Positions 25,120 to 37,158 of a stretch of 64,000 bases of DNA are shown piece after piece; position 1 is the first letter of the stretch; each line of letters begins with the position of its first letter. A model generated the notes under the pieces. It did no database searches. It saw only the letters and a list, made by a program, of their open reading frames with translations, and was not told where the DNA came from. This DNA comes from Camelus ferus. Lineage: Eukaryota. The translations under genes were made by a program, and so were the position numbers. The stretch is from NCBI RefSeq assembly GCF_009834535.1, contig NC_045696.1:117058001-117122000 (forward strand), read 5' to 3'.

Positions 25120-25781
25120 ATGATTTTATTCCACTTCTGGGTATGTATCAAAACAACAAAAACACTGGGGAGGAGGGAGAGTATAGCTCAAGTGGTAGAG
25201 TGTATGCTTAGTATGCATGAGGTCCTGGGTTCAATCCTCAGTACCTCCTCTAAAAATAGACCTAATTACCTCCCCCCACAAACAACAACAACAACAAAAA
25301 ACACTAGCTTGAAAAAATACATGCACTCCAATGTTCACAGCAGCACTATTTATAGTAGCTAAGACACAGAAACAACTAAATGTCCATCAACAGATGACTG
25401 GATAAAGAAGATGTGGTGTATTTCTACAGTGGAATACTACTCAGCCATAAAAGAAATAAAATAATGTCATTTGCAGCAACATGGACAGACTTGGAGGGCA
25501 TTAAGCTAAGTGAAATAAGTCAGACAGAGAAAGATAAATACTGTATTATATTGTTCATATGTGGAATCTAAAAAAATACAACAAACTAGTGACTATAACA
25601 TAAGAGAAGCAGACTTACAGAATTAGAGAACTAACTAGAGGCTACCAGCGGAGGAGAGGGGAGCTGGGAGGGGCAACAGAGGGGTGGGGACAGGCTCAAG
25701 GATGTATGTACAACAGAGGAATATAGCCAATATTCTGGAATAACTGTAAATGGAGTGCAACCTTTAAAATTATATAAAAAT
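25120..25781 (+). mobile_element. L1 3' end, interrupted by a SINE
   Basis: atgcactccaatgttcacagcagcactatt...aagtgaaataagtcagacagagaaaga...gtaaatggagtgcaacctttaaaatt. Confidence 0.92.
25167..25290 (+). mobile_element. tRNA-Ala-derived camelid SINE (vic-1 type) nested in L1
   Basis: gtatagctcaagtggtagag...ggttcaatcc; (CAA)n tail; TSD acaacaaaaacact on both sides. Confidence 0.92.
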
Positions 25782-26585
25782 AATGTAATTTGGCAAAAAT
25801 ATTTTTAGAAGGCAGTATCTATCAACATTTAAAAATTTTAAATTTTAAAAATATTCTTTTAAGGTTCAGTCAGCATTTCCTCCATCGGAATGGGAACAAC
25901 ACCCATCGAAGTGTCTCGCAGTCTTGTTTGTGTTTTCCTCTCCTCAGCCCAAGTGACCTAATGACATTCCCAAGTGATGGCAAAGAGTCCAACGTGAATT
26001 CTCGGATTAACTGTCAAGAAATTTTCCAAGTATTTGGGTAATGTTTTAGTCCTGGATGCAAGTTGATTCCATTGGAAACTGTCCAGGTCTCCCTCCCTTA
26101 GTCTAGTCTGGGCTTATAGGGCTGATCCTGAGAAAATCACTCAAATTGTATAAGACTTGGCCACCTCAGCCGTAGAATGCAGATAGTCATGTCTTCCTTG
26201 CAGAATTAGTGAGAGGATTCAATTAAATAGCAGTGTAATGCCCTTTGTGCTTTTTCAGTAGGCAAGAAGTTACAAATTATTAGAAAACAAAACTATGGTT
26301 AGTGTAGGCAAGGTCTGGTTATCTACCCTGCAAGCCCTCAGCAGGCAAAGCCGTCTGTCTGTTGGGAAAGTAGGGTGCCCCTCCTACAGCAAAATAAGAG
26401 TGTGAAACACTCCTCCTTGGTGTTGCTCCCATTCCGATGGAGTGAATGCTGACTGAACATTCAGAGAATATTTTTAAATTTAAATATTTTAAAATTTTGA
26501 TAGATACTGCCTTCTAAAACTATTTTTGTCAAATTACATTCTTTAAAAATTTTTCTTTAAATTTGTGTACAATTTTAAAGGTTAC
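25757..26585. repeat. Long inverted repeat (arms 25757-25930 and 26391-26585, ~460 bp spacer)
   Basis: Manual ungapped alignment of 25782-25903 to the reverse complement of 26419-26540 gives about 13 mismatches in 122 nt. Confidence 0.92.
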
Positions 26586-27879
26586 TTTAAAAGGAATGAT
26601 TCACAAACAACTCCAAGTAACGTTTGTGGTTTTCATCATGTCTGTGACCTGAGTCTATGCTGAACTCTTCCTCAACCACGATTTTCTTTTGGGGAGCGAG
26701 AGGCGACTAACATCACAGCTGCCTGAACAGGTCTTTACAGTAACTTCTCCTGCTGATCATCAAAGCAACTTTCTAGAAGTCAGTGTTCCTCCAAATAAAC
26801 GCACAAGTCCTATCTGTGTGTGCAATAAGGAATTGCAAACCAAGAAGATTCCCAACTTCTGGTTTCCAGTGGCTGAGCTACATAGGTTTCTGGGTGTCAG
26901 AGATCCAGACGTCTCGTCAAAATTTCCAGAGTCATTTTAATGGGGGATGGACCATTGGAAAAAGTTTATCTTTTGATATAATAAAAATGTGCCCTGATAT
27001 TTTTTAAATGCTCTCATACATTCAGGAAGCTATTCAAAAAGAGTTAATACTGGGAAGAAAAAAGAAAGGAAGAAAGTAAGTGATCACTCCACCTGTAGGA
27101 AGGACGGAATGAGGCAACGTCAGCGGCGAGGCTTAGACACGTGATCAGATGGAAGCCGGGTTCTCCTGGCAGCCTGCCAGCCGGATTGCGTGACTGAGTC
27201 TTCTCTCCTCACTTGCTCTCCTGTTCTCTTCCAAATCTGAAATCTTAGTGGTTTTCTCTGTATTCATCATCAAGCTATTGCACTATTGGGTTTTTTAAAA
27301 ATTAAGTGAAACTGAGTCGAAAAGAGTCATTCTCATTAATAAGCGCCAGTGCTGGACGATATTTTGAAACACGAAGGACTTTCATTAAATGCCAGTGCGG
27401 TTGGCATCTTTGGTGTGCACTTCTTGCTGAGACTCATGAGTAACTCAAGTGTGGTTTCCACTGTGGTGACTAATATGGTCTGGGATGGAGAGGTTAGGCT
27501 TGTCAAACTTACTTGCCTTTCTTCCATCCCTCAAGACCTGGCTTTCAGGGAACCCTAAGACTGGAAATCAATCGAAATAAATCTACAATAAAGTGTCCAT
27601 ATTTCCAGTTATGTTAACGGGTACTTCTCCCCTTTCAACCTGATTTGTATTTTCTTTAATTTATGCTTCCTCCCACTTGCCTGTTCCTTTGTTCCAATCC
27701 TTTGCCAAATTTGTTTCTCTTGATCCCTCTCAAATCATCTCCAGTTTACTGCCGAGGTGGGTCCCTAAGTGACCATTTTCTAGCATTGGATAACTTCCTA
27801 AAGCATCTCTTTGTTCCTAGTTCCCCTCTCACCCTTTGATTCCAGTGAAATAGAGAATCTTTATCCAACACAGATTTAT

Positions 27880-29180
27880 TCCCTTCCTATCCTTTTGTCA
27901 TATATACATTGTGAGCCCCCAAATATGGTTTTTCAATCTTTGTTTTATGCAATTGTCTTTTAAATCAGTTAAGACAAGAAAAATGAAAAAGTATATGTTT
28001 ATACTTACATATTTAGTTATATGTAAGTATTTTTTACTTACTCTTCTGTATTTCTTAACATAAGTATGTTCACTGGTGTTCTTTCTTTGTGTGGATTCAA
28101 GTTATCATATGGTGTCATTTCCCTTCACTCTGAAATGCTCTCCTTTAGTATTTCTTGTGAAAATCTGCTAGCAGTGAATTCTTTCCATCTTTGTGTCTGG
28201 ACGTGCCTTAATTTTGCCTTCATTCATGACTGATAGTTTTGCTCGATACAGAATTATTGGTTGACAGTTTTATTCTTTCAGCATTTTGAATACGTCATCG
28301 CACTTGGAGTTCATTAAGCTCTCTGGGTATGTTTCTTAATGCTTCCTTTTGGTAATCACATTTTGAGGTGTTTAGCCATTTTATCTTTTTATATTTTTTT
28401 CTGCTCCTTTTCCTCCTCCTTTTCTGATACCCTTTGTACTCATCAGTACACTTCATGTTGCCCCACACACTTTATTCATTTTTTACTCTATTTTTTTTCT
28501 TCCTGTTCTTTGGATTGGATCATCTTTATCGATCCACTTCAAGTTTGCTGATTCTTTCATTGCTCTCTGAAACCTTCTGTTGAGCTGTTCTAGTGATTTT
28601 TTTATTTCAACACCTAAAATTCTATTTGATTAATTTTTATAATTCCCGTCTCCTTCCTGATATTCTCTGTTTGTTACCATACAGTCCTCTGATTATTTAA
28701 ACACGGTTTCCTTTTATATATTGTAATAGCTGCTTTTCTTTGTCTGCTAGTAAGTCCAACATCTGGGCCTCCTCAGAGAGCTGCCGTCAAAAGAGAGGTA
28801 CTTTCTTTCTCTATATTTGCCACATAGTCTTATTTCTTTGCATGCCTTATATTTTTTGTTGAAATTTGGGTATTTTAGATGATATATTGTATGCTCTAAA
28901 TTCTGATTTCTACCTCTCTCTGGTGTTGTGGAAATTGCTGGGTTTTTTTTTCTCTCTCACTTTTTTTATTCGTGTGGTGATTTTCCTAAACTAATTCTCT
29001 AGTGTCTCTGTTTCCTGCAGTGTGTGATCACTGATGTCTCTGCTAAGTATTTTTTTTCCCCTTATGGTTGTTTTTACTTTTGAACCTGGCTTCTATGGTT
29101 GTCTCTGGGCCAGAAGAGCTTAGTGGTCAGCCAGTGGTTGGTTTTAGGAGTGGTGGGATGTTTCAATCTCAAAATGGTTT
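27880..29180 (-). mobile_element. Old L1 (L1M-type) fragment
   Basis: tcctttagtatttcttgt...ctgctagcagtgaattct...cagaattattggttgacagtttt...aagtccaacatctgggc. Confidence 0.75.
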
Positions 29181-30982
29181 CAATCCATTTTTCTGATTTT
29201 AGGGGGACCCAAAGTTGTAAATGCTTAGAGATATTCATGTATTCCCCACATATTTATAAGGGCCCTGCTATGTGTCCAACTCCACTGAACTGTGAAAATA
29301 TAACATTGAAGAGAAAAGTCACCATTTCAACCTCCATGGGGCCTGCAATCAAGAAAGGGGAAAAAACCCCACAATAGTCCATATTCAGGGAGTGGGGCAG
29401 ATATGAAGAAAGGATAATGTAAGTTTTTTTTTGAAGTTTTTCGAACTTGGCTGTATTTGCCGTTTCAAAATTATTTTTTTCCTAAATAAAGCTCAAAATG
29501 CCTAGTGAGGTTTTGAAATATTCACAGCAAAAGGGAATCCTGGCACTTTAGGACATCTTTGGTTTTCATTCATTTACATATTTATTTGAGTCAGTAACTA
29601 ACACGGTGGTTTACCCCCCCCCCCCCATTTCTTATCCTGTGATGGTGGAAAAAGAAAGCAAAGAAGAGAAAGGAACCATGTCTGTTCCTTTTGTGTCCAC
29701 AAATACCCTCAGCTTCTTCCACATAGTGCCCACTTCAGGGCTTAAGTAACCTTGCAAGGATTCTGATCACAAGGCTGATTCATTTATTTGTAATCAGACA
29801 AGTTATTTTATTCTAACAGTCAGAAACGAAATAGTTCTTCAATCAGTGGTATTCAGTTGGGTCTAGAAAATAACTAGAAACTTACAGATCTCTAATCCAC
29901 AAGGATGGAAAACTACTGATAAATGCACAGCAGTAGCTCGGACCTATGCACGGTGAAATTTTCAAAATTACAATGAATAGGCTTGATTGAAGCATCAAAC
30001 ATGGTTTTTATAACATGGTTTATTTCTGTGTGATTGCATTCAGGGACACCCATTACAAATCACTATACAAATCATTGCAGTCTATCCAGCAAATACAATT
30101 CATAGCTATAAATATGGTATTGCATATATCAAAAAAACTAGGAAGGAGCCAAAAAAATGACTTTGAAAATGTCACAAGTGGCATATTTGAGACACATTGA
30201 GTCGATGTGATTGTCTTATTATAGCAGGCTTGAGGCTTGAGGTACTAAAAATTGGAGAGAAATATTTAGATTTCTGAAGTGATCAATTATATAGTTAGTC
30301 ACACACACAAAAATACAGGCAGTTGTTTCCCATTTTACAAGCAAAAGAAGAAAAAGATACTCGCAGAAATGTACCAAAAGGAAGATCCGTCTTGCTTTCG
30401 AGGACTTATTTCTCCATTTATATGTGATTTGTCCACTTTCCCCCTAAAATATGCAAGAAGACCTTAGCTTCAGGAGAGGCAGTCTTGCTCAAGAAATGCT
30501 TCTTTGACATTGTGGAGGGTCCCTTCTTCAGCTGCTAGAAAAATCATATTTCTGCTCCTACGTAAAATGATTTGGCTATGAAGCAGAATGAATGGTAATT
30601 TTCAAAAGGAATATGATTTTCAAAAGCAAACTTCACAATACCACATTCAAGACGTTGCTTTGTGCTGTAATTAATGGAAGCAACTTCCCCAGCTGAGCCT
30701 GTGAGTCCCCAAGGACGACGTGGATTTTATCTCAGGACTCAGAGAAAAGTTGGGAGAGGTGGTCTGCGGGTATCAGTCCCCTGCAGGAGGGGGAGGAGCC
30801 TGAGCCTGAAAGTCCATCCAGCTCCTCCCAGCGCAGAAGAGATCCTGGCGGTTCAGAGAAGGAGGAATGAGTTTGAGTGTGCTTTTTGGAGAAATTTCCG
30901 GCTGATGCTGGCATTGCCCGTGCAACCTTCAGCACTGCAATCTTCAGTCCGGCTCTGGTAGCAACCACAACCTGGGAACCTG

Positions 30983-31564
30983 GGGTCGTTTTCTACTGCT
31001 GGGTAACACAATACAGCAAATGTAACGATTGAAAACCACATGCTATCGCTAGCTCACAGTTTTTGTGGTTTAGAAGTCCAGGCACCGCTTAAGTAGGTCC
31101 CTTGGTCAGGATCTCAGGAGACTGCACTCAAGATGCTAACTGGGCTGCCGGACTTTCTAGATCTTGGTTTCCTCTTTGAAGGTCATGTGATCATCTGCAG
31201 AATTTAGCTCCTTACATTTGAAGGACCGAGGTCCCCATTTCCCGGAGACCACTTGGCCCTCTTTACCACGTGGCTGTTTGCTTCTTCAAGACCAGCGTCA
31301 AGGGAGCATCTCTGCTGCTTCTTGCCTCTTGCTTCTGGACCCTCTTTTGAAGGGCCTAGATTAGCTCGGCTCACCCAGGATGGCCTCACTTTTGATTTTC
31401 CTCAGAATCACCTGACTTGGGACCTTAAGGCAAAATCCCTTACCTTTTGGCATAGAATGCAAACTAATCACAGAGTGATGCCCATCCTAGTCACTGGCCC
31501 CACCGCACTTGAGGGGAGAGGATTGTACAGGATCAGAAATCTCATAGCCCTCTTATAATTCTGC
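30983..31564 (-). mobile_element. MLT1-type MaLR LTR
   Basis: ttttctactgctgggtaaca...tcacagtttttgtggtttagaagtccaggca...cagaatttagctcctt...gaccgaggtcccc. Confidence 0.8.
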
Positions 31565-33014
31565 AGGGCTCAAGACGAAGCAGTGGAGGAAATCACCAAG
31601 CTGAGAAGGAACAGAGGAGGTAAATACTAAAGCCTATCAGGAAGAGACTCAGTATTGGAGACCAGGGCTTGACCTGAACAGAGGACTGAAATAGCAACTC
31701 AGAAAGACAGCGGCTAGGAATGGAGAGGCTTCTGTTGGAAATTCAGAATAGAACAAAGGCATTAATGTCATTAAGGGTAGCTGTGATTTATACAGGAATC
31801 GGGTCTGTGGTCCTGGCCGGTCTTGAAATGAGAGTGATGGGTTAATGCTAGAGTGTCATGCACAAGTGAGACTAACAAAAAGGAGAGGGAAGAGGGTCCA
31901 ATGTTAAGCTTTGTTAGGGGTTAAGCATGAGATGTTAGTTCTACTAAATCAGAGTAGGGAATTTGGGGATGTCTGGATCTTGCCTGCCAATCACTTTAAA
32001 TCCCGTGACTTCCTTAGGGATGTGTGTTCAAAAGAAACCACGGTGAAACTTAGAATTAAAGTAGACCTTGATTGATATTTGACAGACTATTTAATGGCAT
32101 TTTGTAAGCTCTCTCATAGAAGCTTAACCAGAGAGTGAGGCTACAGCTGAGGGCTAAGTGGAAACTTCTATCTTTTCCCCATTCTCAACTTCAAGTCTAA
32201 AAATCTGGGACCAATGTGATCAGACAAATCTGAAGACAGAGAGAGAGAGTGAGCATCCAGCCCAGGAAGGGCTCTGAGCCCATTCAATCCACTGAGTGGA
32301 ACCAAGAAGGGAGTTCAGAAAACTTAACTGACTTACTTGTTCCATGGACCAGTCCTACCCTAAGGGTGAGGTTGGAAGGCCGAGACAGAGAGTGGAAGCG
32401 GGGCTCATCCAATTAAGTCAGAGCATCCTTGTCCACTGCTATATACAGCCTGATCCAACGCACGGCCTGGGTGATGACCAGTCATAACCTCTCTTGGTGG
32501 TAGAAGGAGTTAGGAAGTTGGATGAAAGACACTTGTATTCCCTTTGGATTTGTGGGGAGGGCCTAAAGATGCTACAATTAATGAGGCCTATTTTTTTCTG
32601 GATGCTGTTGTAAGGAGAACAGTAGATATGCTTTTGGGTGGCAAAGCACAGACCAGGCCGCTTTCAACAGCAGTGGAATCAGACAACAGGCTGTTATGGT
32701 GCAACTTAGGTCTTCTCTGTCTTTGGCCTGGTGGGCACCAGGCTCTGCTAATTACCAGAAGGTTGTTTTCACTGACTCTCTGCTCTGGTCATTACTGGCT
32801 CACCCCACACTAAACCCAGAGGTCTGAGTTCAATTTTCTAATATCCAGTTTTGATTCCCTAGTATTAGACAGTGTGTGGTGTGTTAGGCACTGAACTAAA
32901 ATCATAAGATTGTGATAGATACAAATTATGTTGTCATATTCTGCGTGCTGTACTTAGTTTAATTACAGTGTTGTTTTTGCTTTTATTGGTGCTTAAAAAT
33001 ATCTCTTGCAGTTT

Positions 33015-33056
33015 TATATATGTGTGTGTGTATGTATGTGTGTGTATATATATATA
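33015..33056. repeat. (TG)n/(TA)n compound microsatellite
   Basis: Direct reading. Confidence 0.9.
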
Positions 33057-33512
33057 AAATATTTATTTTTCATGGTGTTCAGTGTATGGTTCTTGCTGTA
33101 GAATCTTTGGGAAATGTTTTAATGTGAAGAGGTAAAAAACCACAATATGCAGATTTAACACCTTTAAGCCCTTTCCATTTTTTTTTTCTCATTCCCCTTT
33201 TACATACCTTTAACAGGTGCCCTGTGTAAGCCCTTCCCACTTTTTATTAAAAATCCAACTTATTAGTCAGTGCTTCAGTAATGACCTAGACTTGAACTTG
33301 CCAAGTTAACATGCTTTCTGGGGTAGAGTGTGTGTGTCAATGGCTGGTGGGACAGAGCTTTGGTTCATGGTAGCAATTGGAGTGATCCACTGACATTATA
33401 TATATATATAAAGTTGTTCACGTCTCTACTTATTTCCTTTAGGACAGAGTTCAGGAATTAGAATCCTGGGTCAAATGGTAGGGAAACTATTCAAGCCTCT
33501 TGGTAATGTTGC

Positions 33513-34178
33513 TGTGGTGGTCAGTTTTACGTGTCAACTTAGCTAGGCTGTAGTCTCGTTAGTCACAGGTGCTGCTGTGAAAGTATGTTGTGATTAACAT
33601 TTGCAGTTAGTTAATATTAGGTAAGGAGATGGGCCTTAATGACCTGGTTGGGCCTGATTCAACTAGTTGAAAGGCCTTAAGGGGGAGGGTACAGCTCAGT
33701 GGTAGAGCGCATGCTTAGCATGCATGAGGTCCTGGGTTCAATCCCCAGTACCTCCTCTAAGAGTAAATAAACCTAATTACCTCCCCCAGCCAAAAAAAAA
33801 TTTAGTTAAAAAAAATAAAAGAAAGACCTTAAGAGCAGACTTGAGACTTCCCTGAAGGAGAAATTCCGGTGGACTACAGCTTCAGCTCCTGCTTGAGATT
33901 CTAGTCTGCCCTTCTCCTACAGATTTCAGATTTATCTAGCCAGTCCACGCAGTCACTTAAGTCATTTCTTTGCCATATATACATATGTGCCGTGCACACA
34001 AATATAGGTAGTGTATAGATACGTGTGTCATAGGCATATATACATGTTTGTATATCCACACGTGTCATGTATACACACATGTCAGGGACACACACACCTA
34101 TGTGTTAGGTAGGTAGGTAGACAGATGTGTCCTTCTGGTTCTGGTTCTGTTTCTCTGGTGGAGCTCTGATTCAGTCAC
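33513..34178 (+). mobile_element. MLT2-type ERVL LTR containing a SINE and an AC/AT-rich expansion
   Basis: tgtggtggtcagttttacgtgtcaacttagctaggct...gttgaaaggccttaag...ctggttctgtttctctggtggag. Confidence 0.85.
33681..33820 (+). mobile_element. tRNA-Ala-derived camelid SINE (vic-1 type), well preserved
   Basis: Head nearly identical to tRNA-Ala(AGC); cctaattacctccccc module and A-tail; TSD gaaaggccttaag / gaaagaccttaag. Confidence 0.95.
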
Positions 34179-35918
34179 CACATTCCGTTCCGGAATTACA
34201 CAGCACATAGTCCTTGAGAACGTCCTACTCGGTGATTCTAACCATCATGGACTATTGTCATTCTGCAGAAATGAGGACCCATTGCCCAGTTTTGACTGGG
34301 GATCTGATCACAGTGGTATTTCAATCTGTGACACTGACATGGTGACAGTGAGGAGGGGGTGCTGAAAGGGAGGCTGAGGAAATCAGGAGACCGGAGGAGG
34401 GGTTGACTGTCACAGCTCATAGCAATGAAATCCCAAACTCACCAGGCAGATCCAGTTGGTAATATGGTAACTGAACCCGTGACTTATTCAATTACTTATC
34501 CAATTACTTAGGATTGTTAAAAAGATTTCAAGCTCCTAGTAAACTCTTTGGGCTATTTATCAGTCCTGGATTGCAACATGGTATTTCAGGTTTCAGACAG
34601 CCGTTTATCAGATTTTCTTTGGTGTCCAGTTAGCCAGACTTTATAAAATAATCCTTGGTCTCTTCTATCAGAGGAGGACCAATGTGGAGCAGTGGTTCAG
34701 ACATGGATTTGTGTAGCAGGAAACTCCTTCATGGTCCCGAGGAAGGAATGATCAATACTGTGTGAATAACCATTCCTGAAGACTCATCGCTCACGGGGCC
34801 ATGACAAAGCTTTCCAGTTTAGCTTTCAGCTCTCCTTTTAAATCCCCACCATTGGGCAAGCTCCTCTCCTTCCCTCAGACCCAATCTCAAGCAGGCCCTC
34901 GACTTCCCTGGTCCTTCTCCAGTAAAACTAACAGTTCTCCAGTGAAATAAAATCACAAACACACTCTCAGCTTAGTCATTTAAAAGTCCAGTCTTACATG
35001 GCCTCCAGAATATCTGCTCTTCCTCCTGCTCAGACCTCCTACAGCGAGTCAGGAAAAGGGTGGAGCTGGCATCTCCCCATATTCTGTTCATTCTCCATCA
35101 CCTGACAAGCCTTCTTTCCAGCCCTTCCAGAGCTGGGTAGGAAAGCATCATAGGGAAACTGTTCCCACTTAACAGGTGGGCGTCTAATTTCAGAGCTCTT
35201 GAGGTTTGTCAACGGTGAACTTTCTGGAGACTCTTAACCAGATTGTTGGAGATATCCCACGCCCCTTGTTCTCCCCTGGGAGAAGTTTTCCAGCTGTCAT
35301 CACCTTGCTGAAGGAAAATGTGTCCCCATCACGGCTGGTACCTGACTTCCTCCCACCCCTACAAATCCAGCAATCCCTCTAGCCTTTTCTACTGACCCCT
35401 TGTGGGCTGCCCTCTTGGTTGTAATTTAAGAAGATCCATGTAGAGCCTTTTGCATACACCCCATATCTGATCAGCAAGTGGGGCACACTCACCCATCTTT
35501 GCCTCTGACAAACTCCAGCTCTGTAGGCTAATTCCGACACGATGCCCACTTCCCACCTGCCCGTCATCACCTCAGCTAGCCAATTAGTCTCTCTTGCTAT
35601 TTAGATTTCTCACTTAAGGAAAATATGAATCCATTCTGTTTTTACAAACTATAAAGAACATGTCTTTCTAAGTGGTCAGAGGTGAGTGTTTTCCCTAGTC
35701 GTCATGAGCGGTGCCTGGCCCTACCACCCAGGAGGGGCTGGGACTCACAGCTCACGCTGGAAGAGTTCCCTCCAGAAGCCTCTACTTCCCTCACCTGTAA
35801 ATGTCTTCTGGTTTATATCCTTGTTGTAGAAGAGGAATTTTAGTCTCCTGTCCCTAAAAAAATTGCATCATGGTTGTCCTCTACTTCACTGTAGGAGGCA
35901 GTATCCATTGAATTAGGA

Positions 35919-36106
35919 CAGTGGTTCTCAGAGAGTGATCTCCGACCAGCATTGTCAATATCACTGGGGAACTGATGCAAAGTGCCAGGTCTCAGAGCCC
36001 TCCTCCCACCCTCTGGATCAGAAGTTCTAAGGGTGAAGCCCAGAAGTCTGGCTTTTAACAAACTCTCTGCATGTTCCTGATGCGTGCTAATGCTTGAGAA
36101 CCACTG
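35919..36106. mobile_element. MER5A hAT-Charlie element, full length
   Basis: Perfect 12-bp TIR cagtggttctca / tgagaaccactg, 188 bp. Confidence 0.9.
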
Positions 36107-36324
36107 TTGTGTGGGGGGGTGGGGGGGTGGGGGTGGATTCAAGGTCACTCTATTTTCCATGTTTCTAAAGTGTACAACTACACTACCAAAATAAACTAGA
36201 GAAAACCACAAATAAGTAAAGAATCCTTTCTTATACAAGACATTTCAATTGAATATATCTGTCAAGAATAGAATTTTTTGTTATATTTTGTGTGGTTTTT
36301 TTTTTTGGAATTAGTTATCTTGAT

Positions 36325-36540
36325 TCTTTTTTTAGTTGAAGTGTAGTCCATGTATAATGTTGCGTTAATTTCTGGTGCACAGCATAGTGATTCATTTATA
36401 TGTGAGTGTGTATATATATGTGTATATATTCCTTTTCATATTCTTTTTCATTATAGGCCATTACAAGGTATTGAATATTGTTCTCTGTGCTATAGAGTAG
36501 GACCTTGTTTATCTATTTTATACATAGTAGTTAGTATCAA
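36325..36540 (-). mobile_element. Short L1 3'-terminal fragment
   Basis: gttgaagtgtag...tctggtgcacagcatagtgattc...gtgctatagagtaggacc. Confidence 0.85.
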
Positions 36541-37039
36541 TAAATCCTGAACCACTGTTTTAAGGCATCTGTCAAAATTCCACATGAACTTGTTAATCCA
36601 CTTAAATCTGCTTCTCACAATAACTCATATGTTTACAGATTCAAGGAATAACTATAAAAATGATAGATCGTAGCTACATTTCATGGCAGCTACAGCCTGC
36701 TGATTATCTGACCCTCATCAGACCTAAGTCACCATGGGCTGAAGGTTTGGTCACTAAGGGCCGCCGGAGTGATCGTCATTATCTTCCCTCTCCCATCTTC
36801 CTGCTTCCAGCTTGCTCATTAGACTGTAAATTATTGTTTTGCAAAACATTGCATTCCTTTTTCAGCTTTGATCAGACCTCTTTCAGCTCTGATCAGACTT
36901 CTACTTTTTGTTGTTAAGAGACATCTCTTTATTTCACTGGTTACCTCTTCTAGTCATTTCTTAGGTCTCTTTGTTTGTTGAAGTCAGGAGTCCTCGCCTT
37001 CAGTACCACTGATGTTTTGGGTGAGGTGATGCTTTCTTG

Positions 37040-37158
37040 TAGACAGCTGCCCTAGATGCCAAGAAGCATCCATCCTCTAAGTTGTGACAACCGAAAATTT
37101 CTCCAGACATTGCAAATATTCCCTGGTAGTCAAAATCAACTCTCGGTGAGGAACACTG
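37040..37158. mobile_element. MER20 fragment
   Basis: agttgtgacaaccgaaaatttctccagacattgcaaatattccctgg...gaggaacactg. Confidence 0.8.

Noticed and set aside
33681..33757. tRNA-Ala(AGC) gene (also the seven similar copies)
   Set aside because: A-rich tails, TSDs, an extra 3' module, an altered acceptor stem and TTCAA T-loop, and dispersed nested locations mark them as SINEs
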